Shown one piece after another: positions 1-7,044 of a stretch of 14,129 nt of DNA. Source of the DNA: Candidatus Velthaea sp. (GTDB lineage Bacteria > Vulcanimicrobiota > Vulcanimicrobiia > Vulcanimicrobiales > Vulcanimicrobiaceae); the NCBI GenBank assembly GCA_050012475.1, contig JBEKHC010000204.1, positions 1 through 14,129 of the forward strand, given 5' to 3'. The position numbers were made by a program, and so were the translations under genes. Numbering within the stretch: the stretch's first letter is position 1; each line of letters begins with the position of its first letter. The notes under the pieces are model-generated. The model was not told where the DNA came from. It was given only the letters and a program-made list of their open reading frames with translations, and searched no databases.

Positions 1-142
1 TCTCCAGGTAAGGATTGCTGCTTGAGTACGCCCAGCGCGGCGTCTCGGATGAGTCGCCCTCGCGCTTCCAGCGTTGCCCTTTTGGGCCGCGAGCCGTCGA
101 GCGGCTCCAGAAGCACGCATCCTATGGGCCTACAGGCCGCCC
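1..142 (-). repeat. Inverted, diverged copy of 1142-1291 (gene end + intergenic + promoter + leader); truncated by window edge
   Basis: Reverse complement of 1-56 matches 1235-1291 with 3 substitutions and 1 indel; similarity continues more loosely to 142/1142 (GGCGGCCtgTAGgCCCATAG vs GGCGGCCccTAGcCCCATAG). Confidence 0.9.
26..54 (-). promoter_or_regulatory. ECF-type promoter copy 1 (ACTCATCC-N15-GCGTAC), pointing off-window to the left
   Basis: Exact bipartite motif seen on the - strand; same boxes as at 1237-1265. Confidence 0.75.
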
Positions 143-198
143 ACGAACATTTCGGCCTGCGCCGGATCGGCGTCCGTTGCGCCGCGAAGCGCGGTAGG
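130..198 (-). pseudogene. 3' remnant of a paralog of the 926-1153 small secreted protein
   Basis: Reads ..TDADPAQAEMFVGGL* versus ..PDVDPMVEVNKLLLGGP*; the stop codon sits at the homologous position of the inverted repeat; in-frame TGA at 199-201 and no signal peptide upstream. Confidence 0.4.
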
Positions 199-357
199 TC
201 AAGCTTCGTTTTCGGTGCCGGGCATCGGCGGACGCCTGTGGTCGGCTTGAACGTCAGGCACGCCGCCGGAGGTGACTCGCGATTCAGTAAATGCGTTCGC
301 GATCTGGTGAATGCTCGTGGCCGTGGGGTGCGAGATTCGCCCGTACGATCGAGTCCG

Positions 358-507
358 CTATCGGGCGTTGCCGACATGCACGACGGCCAGCGCCCAGTCG
401 CGCGACGTGCGGGTGCGCACCAGATAACCGTAGCTCGTCCGATCGTATACTTGAAAGCCTGCCCGCAGCGCCTCGCTGACGGAACGAAAGACCATGATGC
501 CTGCCAT
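358..507 (-). CDS. 49-aa hypothetical protein MAGIMVFRSVSEALRAGFQVYDRTSYGYLVRTRTSRDWALAVVHVGNAR
   Basis: ATG at 507 with GAGGG Shine-Dalgarno, own promoter (564-593) and leader; a second partial copy at 12626-12690 preserves the reading frame. Confidence 0.8.
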   Translation of the reverse strand: MAGIMVFRSVSEALRAGFQVYDRTSYGYLVRTRTSRDWALAVVHVGNAR

Positions 508-529
508 TGCGTGCGCCCTCGGCCAGCGG

Positions 530-556
530 TTGTGCGATGTGCGACCTTGAGTCGCT
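530..556 (-). repeat. 27-nt leader AGCGACTCAAGGTCGCACATCGCACAA, perfect inverted copy of 874-900
   Basis: 27/27 identity seen directly; begins 8 nt after the CGTA box. Confidence 0.95.
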
Positions 557-563
557 ACGTTAA

Positions 564-593
564 GTACGCGCGCGACCGCGCAAACGGATGAGT
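564..593 (-). promoter_or_regulatory. ECF-type promoter copy 2 (ACTCATCC-N16-GCGTAC) upstream of the 49-aa gene
   Basis: Bipartite motif, correct orientation, intergenic. Confidence 0.8.
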
Positions 594-837
594 TCGTCGG
601 ACACCAAGGACTCTCGGTCAAGCGCGCTGATGAGGTGAGATGTAACGATCGCTCCAGGATCGCGTCAACTCGGCCGCCCCGGTGTTTATGCGATCCCGAG
701 CCCCGAGCGCTTCACAAATCGAACTGAAAACGTCCGCGGTTTCCCCGGTTCGGATGACCGGTAGTAAGGGTGGATCGCGCAGCTCGACGCGGCACGGAAA
801 GCTTGCGCGTTAACCGGGAACCTTTCGTATCCGAAGG

Positions 838-867
838 ACTCATCCAGACACCTCTCCCCGCGCGTAC
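838..867 (+). promoter_or_regulatory. ECF-type promoter copy 3 (ACTCATCC-N16-GCGTAC) upstream of 926-1153
   Basis: Bipartite motif, divergent from copy 2. Confidence 0.8.
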
Positions 868-873
868 AGATGC

Positions 874-900
874 AGCGACTCAAGGTCGCACATCGCACAA
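874..900 (+). repeat. 27-nt leader, identical to 556-530 (- strand)
   Basis: 27/27 identity; begins 7 nt after the CGTA box; contains a GCGAC/GTCGC hairpin followed by a CA-rich tract. Confidence 0.95.
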
Positions 901-925
901 ACGCTAGAAGAATGTGGAGATCGAA

Positions 926-1153
926 ATGAAGAATGGAATACTGCGGGCGGCGCTGCTGGGAGTAGTCGCGAGTGCTTCGTTCAGCGTGACGCAAGCGGCT
1001 TCGCTGGCCGCGATGACGAGCTATTCCGCGCCGGCGACCGCGACGAACACCTGCGCGGTGGTCAATCCCGCTAAAGCGGCCTCGAAGAACGCCCCCGCCC
1101 CGGACGTCGATCCGATGGTAGAGGTCAACAAACTACTGTTAGGCGGCCCCTAG
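926..1153 (+). CDS. Small secreted hypothetical protein, 75 aa
   Basis: GGAG at 916-919, ATG 926; Sec-type signal (MKNGILRAALLGVVASASFSVTQA); Ala/Thr-rich linker; ends DVDPMVEVNKLLLGGP. Confidence 0.75.
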   Translation: MKNGILRAALLGVVASASFSVTQAASLAAMTSYSAPATATNTCAVVNPAKAASKNAPAPDVDPMVEVNKLLLGGP

Positions 1154-1291
1154 CCCCATAGTGATGCGCGCGCCGGGGTCGCTCGAGCCGCTCTGCGGTT
1201 CCCCGCAAAGGGCAACGCGCTTGAAGCGCGAGACCGACTCATCCGAGACGCCGCGCCGGGCGTACTCCAAGCAGCAGTCCTCACCTGGAGA
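1142..1291 (+). repeat. Right arm of the inverted duplication (partner of 1-142)
   Basis: Alignment by eye to the reverse complement of 1-142. Confidence 0.9.
1237..1265 (+). promoter_or_regulatory. ECF-type promoter copy 4 (ACTCATCC-N15-GCGTAC) upstream of 1340-1585
   Basis: Bipartite motif, intergenic, correct orientation. Confidence 0.8.
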
Positions 1292-1339
1292 CACCGAAAG
1301 ATATCCGCAAATGACAACAAGTGAAAAGGAACGAATTAC

Positions 1340-1585
1340 ATGAAGATCAGTTTACCGAACATCCAACGGCTCGTGATCGCAAGCGCACTCGCATCCGGAC
1401 TGGTTTCAGCCGGTGTTGCTGCGTCGGCTCAGACAAACACGGAGCCTGCCGCGACGATAACCACGAATGCAACGAACGTGTCGATGTCGACCGTTGACCC
1501 GAAGGCCAAACGTCAGGCCGAGTTGGAACAAGAGAACGCCGATGCCCGTCGCGTGGAATTCCGCTTTCTGGGCACGAGTCTCTAA
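1340..1585 (+). CDS. Small secreted hypothetical protein, 81 aa
   Basis: AAAGGA Shine-Dalgarno before ATG; signal peptide with ASA/Q cleavage; Thr-rich linker, then VDP and a charged, probably helical C-terminus. Confidence 0.8.
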   Translation: MKISLPNIQRLVIASALASGLVSAGVAASAQTNTEPAATITTNATNVSMSTVDPKAKRQAELEQENADARRVEFRFLGTSL

Positions 1586-1765
1586 CGCAGTAGCGACTAA
1601 CGAGAGAGCGCCGGATCCGCGCGCCATTTAAGCCGCTCCAACCGGTACGGATGGACCCGTTGTCCTTTGTGTACCGTCCTCGCGATTTGCACGTTTGTAC
1701 GACTGTGGTTTGTCGTCATCACTGTCGACGATATTATCTCGACTTCGCATCGATGACCACTTAAC

Positions 1766-1794
1766 GTTCAAACCTTAGGCGGTTACGAGCGTAG
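1766..1794 (+). promoter_or_regulatory. Variant ECF-type promoter (GTTCAAAC-N15-GCGTAG) upstream of the lipoprotein/haloperoxidase genes
   Basis: -10 GCGTA exact and spacing matches; -35 TCAAAC differs from TCATCC at 2 positions. Confidence 0.4.
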
Positions 1795-1913
1795 ACCCGT
1801 TGGCTGCTAACCGACTGACTGGCGGCGTGTCTCTTGCGCGCTTCCAATTCTCTTGCCAGCTGCTCTTGTCGCATATTAAGAAACAATACCTCCTTGCCCA
1901 AAGGACATTACTC

Positions 1914-2486
1914 GTGCTCTATCAACGTCGCATTGTTCCCGCGGCGGCAACGCTCGCCGTGACTGTTCTTGCCGCATGCGGTGGGGGCGGCAGCACCGCA
2001 TCGCCGACACCGGCTACCGTGCCTGCGCCGGTGGTCACCGGATCGGCCACACCATCGGCACCCAAAACACCGGCGCCGACAGCTGCTCCCACGCCGACAC
2101 CGGCTGCCGCACCCCTCGCCACGGCGCAATTAGGTGGGGCGCCCGGCTTCGTGAACGCGCAATCGCATACCGTGTACGTATTCGATGGCGATCTGAGCGC
2201 ACCGGGTACGTCGACCTGCAACGGCGCTTGTGCAGCCGTTTGGCCGAGCGTTGCCGCCACCGCCGCAACAACCTATCCCGCGCCCTTCGGCGAAATCACG
2301 CGGTCGGACGGAAGTTTCCAGCTCACCTACGCCGGTCGGCCACTCTATACGTTCGTCGTCGACACGGCACCCGGCTCGATCGCCGGTAATGGCATCACGT
2401 CGTTCGGCAACACCTGGCATATTGCGCGTCCCAGCGGGGCTGTTGCGGCTACGCCGACGCCGATCCCGGGCGGACCGAGCTACTGA
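1914..2486 (+). CDS. COG4315 / Lipoprotein_15-type lipoprotein, 190 aa
   Basis: AAGGA + GTG at 1914; lipobox LAAC; Pro/Thr/Ala linker; TVYVFDGD..STCNGACAAVWP..QLTYAGRPLYTF..D..PG..GNG..W family motifs. Confidence 0.9.
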   Translation: MLYQRRIVPAAATLAVTVLAACGGGGSTASPTPATVPAPVVTGSATPSAPKTPAPTAAPTPTPAAAPLATAQLGGAPGFVNAQSHTVYVFDGDLSAPGTSTCNGACAAVWPSVAATAATTYPAPFGEITRSDGSFQLTYAGRPLYTFVVDTAPGSIAGNGITSFGNTWHIARPSGAVAATPTPIPGGPSY

Positions 2487-2677
2487 GGCGGCCGATCCGC
2501 TGCAACGGCGATCGGCATGGCCTGACTATGCCGTTGCGATTGGTCGTTGCGCGGGTTCTGTCGCGAAGTTTGAGCGTGATAGGTGATGGGATCGGTGAGG
2601 ACGCTTTGAAGCGATCGATCGGAGCGGGAATCACTCGAATCGAACGCCGCAGGTTTTCGTCGGAGGAGGAAACCGAA

Positions 2678-4264
2678 GTGAAACGCAGTGCGTTTGTCGG
2701 TGTTGCGGGAGCCGGACTGCTCGCCGGAGTGCCGGCTGCGGCTCGGGCGACGGCGACGGCGACGTCTGACGATGCGAAGTATCGGCCCGACGTTGTCTAC
2801 CGCCGCCGGGTTGCCGCCGCTGCTGAGGCGCGCGCCGCGTACAAGACATCGCGCGCGAACGGAGACGAAGCGCGGTACGCGGCGAGCGGCTACCTCGGCA
2901 GTTACGCTAAAGGCTTGCCGCACGAGGCAAACGGGAACGTCTACGAGGACTCATTCCAATCGATGGTTCGAGCGATTGATGCGCGCAATCCGGCGCTGTT
3001 GGATTTCTTCGCATCGCGGACGCTGCACAACCTCGTCGCCATCATCATCCTGCCGAACGGAGAACTTGCCGGCTGCGATTATACCGGCTACTTCGTACCG
3101 CCGGCGCCGACGCTGGCATCTGCTCGAACGGCCGCCGACGCGATCGAACTCTATTGGCAAGCATTGACGCGCGATGTTCCGGTAGTGGATTATGATACCG
3201 ATCCGACCATTGCCAAGGCCTGCGCGGACCTTTCGCGGCTGACCGACTTCGATGCACCGCGCGTACATGGAGCGATCACGCCGCAGACGATTTTTCGGGG
3301 TCCCGGACGCACGCTGAGCGGACCATATCTGTCGCAATTCTTCTGGCTCGATGTCCCGATTGAACTTGGCCAACTGTCCTCTCAGCGGCGCTCCATGCCG
3401 GTCCGCCACGATTATCTCACCGATCGCACCAGCTGGCTCGCGGCTCAGGACGGCCGGTCTGGCGTGGAACTCACGCCACGCGACGGCAGCCTGCGCTACA
3501 TGCAGACCGGTCGCGATCTGGCCGATTATCTATGGCAGCTCAACTCCCTAGTTGCGTGGCGAAACGCGGCCGCGATCGTCGGGGGGTTGCCGGACGAAGC
3601 TCGCACGGGTGAGTTCGACTTCGACGATATCGTCGCGATGATGTCCTTTGCATCGAGCATCTCCGGGGTTGCGACCTTGTACCAGAAGATGTTTATCCAC
3701 CGGCGCGCGCGTCCCGAAGCGTTCGGCGGTCTGGTGGATCGTGGGCCGAAAGCTTCGCCGCTGCATCCCGACATCTGGACGACGCCCGCGCTCGAACTGG
3801 TGCGCGCCCGCTACGATAGCCATCTGCTGCCTCAGGCGTATTTGGAAGGCTGTCCGACCCATCCCACGTATCCCTCCGGTCACGCCGCTCTTGCGGGCAC
3901 CGGTGTAACGGTGCTCAAGGCGCTGGTCAACGAATCGTACGTCCTCCCGGCGCCGGTCGTTCCGTCGCGTGACGGCTTGCGGCTCGAACCCTATAAGGGT
4001 CCGCCGTTGACGCTCGGCGGCGAGCTCGATAAGTTGGCCGAAAACATCGCCTTGGGACGCGGCGCCGCCGGCGTGCATTTCCGCTCGGATTCGTACGCCG
4101 GGCTGCGGAACGGCGAGGCCGCAACCCTCTCGCTGATGCGCGACCGAGTCACCGCGATCGGCGACGGCGCGCCGGTCTATAGCCTGACAACCGTCGACGG
4201 CGCCAAAGTGCGGATCGCGCCTGATGATAATTCACATATCCCGAAGGCGACGCGTTCAACCTAA
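2678..4264 (+). CDS. Vanadium-dependent haloperoxidase (bromoperoxidase-like), exported, 528 aa
   Basis: GGAGGAGG + GTG at 2678; Tat-like MKRSAF.. signal; vanadate-binding motifs YQKMFIHRRARPEAFGG, PTHPTYPSGHA and GRGAAGVHFRSD; N-terminal NGDE..SYAKGLPH. Confidence 0.92.
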   Translation: MKRSAFVGVAGAGLLAGVPAAARATATATSDDAKYRPDVVYRRRVAAAAEARAAYKTSRANGDEARYAASGYLGSYAKGLPHEANGNVYEDSFQSMVRAIDARNPALLDFFASRTLHNLVAIIILPNGELAGCDYTGYFVPPAPTLASARTAADAIELYWQALTRDVPVVDYDTDPTIAKACADLSRLTDFDAPRVHGAITPQTIFRGPGRTLSGPYLSQFFWLDVPIELGQLSSQRRSMPVRHDYLTDRTSWLAAQDGRSGVELTPRDGSLRYMQTGRDLADYLWQLNSLVAWRNAAAIVGGLPDEARTGEFDFDDIVAMMSFASSISGVATLYQKMFIHRRARPEAFGGLVDRGPKASPLHPDIWTTPALELVRARYDSHLLPQAYLEGCPTHPTYPSGHAALAGTGVTVLKALVNESYVLPAPVVPSRDGLRLEPYKGPPLTLGGELDKLAENIALGRGAAGVHFRSDSYAGLRNGEAATLSLMRDRVTAIGDGAPVYSLTTVDGAKVRIAPDDNSHIPKATRST

Positions 4265-4365
4265 CTCAAGCGCAAATCTTGTCGCCTGCCCAGATTGCGC
4301 AGGCTGAACGCCCGCGTTGAGCGAGAAAGCAACGAGCGAACATGAGCGAGAACGGGGACCGCGCG

Positions 4366-4902
4366 ATGAGCGTCGCACATGATCGAGGTGACGGAAGGAC
4401 AAGTTGGCTCGCCATATCATCGAGCCCAGCCGTTCGAGGCCGCTTCGCTCTCGCCGTCGCATTCGTCATACTCGCAGGCTGCACGCCCGGCTCCTTCGCC
4501 GGACTGAACGCGGGCGCTGGCGTTGGCGGTCCGTCGACGACGATCGACGTCGATTTGACAACTCACCCACAAGGCACGTCGCCCGCTGGCACGGCGGCCG
4601 GCTACGCGCCGCTCGTGACGATGCTGGCCGTCGGCGACTCCCTTCGCTTCACGAACAGCGACGGCTTTGCGCACACCGCGACCGCGATCCCTGGGAACCC
4701 GCCGACGTTCCCAGCGGCGTACCCTTTCACTAGCTCGGCGCTGATTTCGAGCGGCGCGACCCTCTCGAGCGGTTTCTCCTCCGGCAATTTGCAAGCCGGT
4801 GCGACTTCCCAGGTGCTGCTCGCCGACAAACCGGGCAGCTACGTCTTCGGCTGCTTCTATCACTACGGTGCGCCGATGCGCGCCGTCATCGTGGTGCACT
4901 GA
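4366..4902 (+). CDS. Cupredoxin (type-1 blue copper) lipoprotein; start uncertain (4342/4366 or later)
   Basis: Lipobox ILAGC; VGDSLRFTNSDGFAHTAT and PGSYVFGCFYHYGAPM give His + Cys-x2-His-x4-Met ligands; stop overlaps the next ATG (TGATG). Confidence 0.9.
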   Translation: MSVAHDRGDGRTSWLAISSSPAVRGRFALAVAFVILAGCTPGSFAGLNAGAGVGGPSTTIDVDLTTHPQGTSPAGTAAGYAPLVTMLAVGDSLRFTNSDGFAHTATAIPGNPPTFPAAYPFTSSALISSGATLSSGFSSGNLQAGATSQVLLADKPGSYVFGCFYHYGAPMRAVIVVH

Positions 4903-6059
4903 TGCGCACCGTAGACCGGTGGCTGCGCCGCTCGCTGGTGGCAACCGTCGTCCTCGCCGCCAGCGCGTTCCTTCCGCAGCGTCCCTCGCAGGCGATGCCG
5001 ATCTTCGCGCAGCGCTATCAATTGCGATGCGCCGCGTGCCACACCGTATTGCCGGAACTCAACGCCTTCGGCAACGCCTTTCGCGACCACGGCTTCCGCT
5101 TACCGCCGGCGGCTCCGGTCCACGGCAACACGGGCGTCGCGCTGCGTTACAACAATGAGTACGAGGCCGATCCCGTGCCCGGCATGCGACGCTTTACACC
5201 GACTGCCTCGCTGCTTTCGGAGCAAAACATCGGCGCGATCGGCGCCTATCTGCACTACAACGTGGGAGCGGGCGGCGCGCCGGGCGCGCCGTATTTGGGC
5301 TATCTCGTCACTTATAACGAGCATACGCACTCGCTCTATCGTTTAGGGCTCTACGAGTTGCCGCTGACCCAATCGCCCGGGCAGCGGCTGGACGACATTG
5401 CGGAGTACGGCTACCTTGGAACGACGGTCGGCCAGAACGATCTCGCGCTCAACGCGCCCCGCCTCGGCTTTGAGGCGCAGCGCGACGTCGGGCAAACGCG
5501 CATCGCGACCTCGATCGCATTCGGTGAGTTCAAGGGCGCGGCATATGGCGGTGCGCCCGTCTTCGACAACGTGTCAACGCGTGCCGCACGACCCGAGATC
5601 GAGCTCTTCGCGCATGGCCCGCTCTTGCGCAACGTCGACTTTAACGCGGAGATCATCGACGGCGAGCGTGCGATCAGGCTCCCCTCGCGCTCGCCCTTCG
5701 ACGATCCTTACGCACGCCTGGGTTTCGGTTTCGAAACCTCCTTTCTCAAGAAGCGGCTGGATCTCGAGGCGCAACAGTGGCTTGGGCGCGACAATGATGC
5801 CGACGGCGCCGGCAACGCGGTCGACTCGAGCGGTGGCTACGCGCGCCTGAAATACTTCGTCACGCCGCACTTCTACACCGCGGCTCGGTACGACACGGCG
5901 GCAAATCCTTTCCCGACGCGGGGGTTCGTCTTCTACGCCGGAGCACTAGTGACGGGACATGCTCGGCTGGAGATCGAGGAACGGTTAAACGCGCTGCACG
6001 GCAGCTCGCAGTTCGGCGGCGAGTTCATCGTCGGATTTCCCTGGCCGCTCGGATATTAA
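4902..6059 (+). CDS. Cyc2-like fused monoheme cytochrome c / outer-membrane beta-barrel, 385 aa
   Basis: Signal peptide then AMPIFAQRYQLRCAACHTVLPELNAFGNAFRDHGF, matching the Cyc2 N-terminal pattern AxPxFAxx..CxxCH..PxLxxxGxxFxxxG(F/Y); remainder has alternating amphipathic, aromatic-rich strands. Confidence 0.8.
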   Translation: MRTVDRWLRRSLVATVVLAASAFLPQRPSQAMPIFAQRYQLRCAACHTVLPELNAFGNAFRDHGFRLPPAAPVHGNTGVALRYNNEYEADPVPGMRRFTPTASLLSEQNIGAIGAYLHYNVGAGGAPGAPYLGYLVTYNEHTHSLYRLGLYELPLTQSPGQRLDDIAEYGYLGTTVGQNDLALNAPRLGFEAQRDVGQTRIATSIAFGEFKGAAYGGAPVFDNVSTRAARPEIELFAHGPLLRNVDFNAEIIDGERAIRLPSRSPFDDPYARLGFGFETSFLKKRLDLEAQQWLGRDNDADGAGNAVDSSGGYARLKYFVTPHFYTAARYDTAANPFPTRGFVFYAGALVTGHARLEIEERLNALHGSSQFGGEFIVGFPWPLGY

Positions 6060-6067
6060 CGTAAGCC

Positions 6068-6849
6068 ATCAAAGTGAGATCCGTTCGAGGAAGGGCGTTC
6101 CTCGCAACCGACATCTTGGGAGTTTCGGGACGCGCTATGCTCAACGCTCTGATCGGGGCACGCCCGATCCGGATCTCTTCGCCGAACTTGCTCCCGCAAC
6201 GCTGCACAAAAAGTTGCCGGCGTTACGAAAAGCGCTTAGTGGCGGGCTCTCACCGACACACTGCGTACTCTCGGCGAACTGCTCGCCCACCTCGAGTCCA
6301 TCGACAGGTCAATTGAGCGTCTGAGCAACGACGTGGCGAGTATGATCGTCCCTTTTTCCCAAGCGATCGACCTCCTCGACACCAGTCCCGGGGTTAATCG
6401 CAAGACAGCAGAAGTGGTAATCTCCGAATCGGCGCGGATATGGGCCGCTACCCATCAGCAAACTACTTGGTGTCATAGGATGAAATGTGGTCCTGGAAAC
6501 GACGAGTCTGCCGGCAAACATTTCTCCGGCAAGACGCGCAGGGGCTCGAAGTGGCTGCGCATTGCGCTCGTGGAGTCAGCCTCGGCGGCGACTCGCATGA
6601 AGGGCACATACCTTGCCGCGCTGTACGCTCGCGTCAAGGGGGCGTCGTGGTCACAAAAAGACAATCATCGCCCTTACGCACTCGATCCTTGTGTGATCGT
6701 CTATCATCTCCTTGAGCGAGATCGGCCCTACGACGAGTTCGGCGGACTACTTTATCGAGCGCCAGCAGATAGATGACTACGAACGACGGTTCGTCAAGCA
6801 ACTCGAACGCATGGGTTACGCGGTCTTCCTCACAAAGCGGGCCGCGTAG
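6068..6849 (+). mobile_element. IS110-family transposase remnant (C-terminal part, multiple frameshifts)
   Basis: ATDILGVSGRAMLNALI, LLDTSPGVNRKTAEVVISE, PGNDESAGKHFSGKTRRGSKWLRIALVE, TYLAALY, IVYHLL and RRFVKQLERMGY are spread over different frames; N-terminal DEDD domain absent. Confidence 0.9.
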
Positions 6850-7044
6850 AGCTAATGTTTACCTCAGATTTGGAACGAGCGTTCGCGCCGATACGCGACG
6901 GCCTCGCCGCTGCCGCTCCACACGATCCTCGAACTGCTCTTGCTTCCAACGACGACGTCGAGGCGCGCGTGTTTGGTTTGATAAAATCACGGCGCAACTC
7001 GTGACTCAGCACGGCGTTCGCGACCCTCGATCGACCGGACCATT

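Noticed and set aside
22..591. 189-aa ORF on the + strand
   Set aside because: Antisense to the 49-aa gene and two promoters; no RBS and no protein-like composition.
752..759. Lone TCATCC half-sites (752-759 on -, 10956-10963 on +)
   Set aside because: No CGTA at the 15-16 nt spacing, so not counted as promoters.
1216..1230. Palindrome CGCGCTT-G-AAGCGCG just upstream of a -35 box (operator?)
   Set aside because: Symmetry is not kept in the homologous arm (AACGCTGGAAGCGCG); GC-rich palindromes are common at this base composition.
1284..1300. CCTGGAGA..CACCGAA resembles glycine riboswitch motifs
   Set aside because: No intervening stem, no downstream CTCAGG element, and the downstream gene is unrelated to glycine metabolism.
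2491..2516. GCCGATC/GATCGGC hairpin after the lipoprotein stop as a terminator
   Set aside because: No U-tract; could equally be an intercistronic stem, so not called.
2528..2677. N-terminal extension of the haloperoxidase ORF containing RRRF (apparent Tat motif)
   Set aside because: It is followed by acidic residues rather than a hydrophobic core; the strong GGAGGAGG points to GTG 2678.
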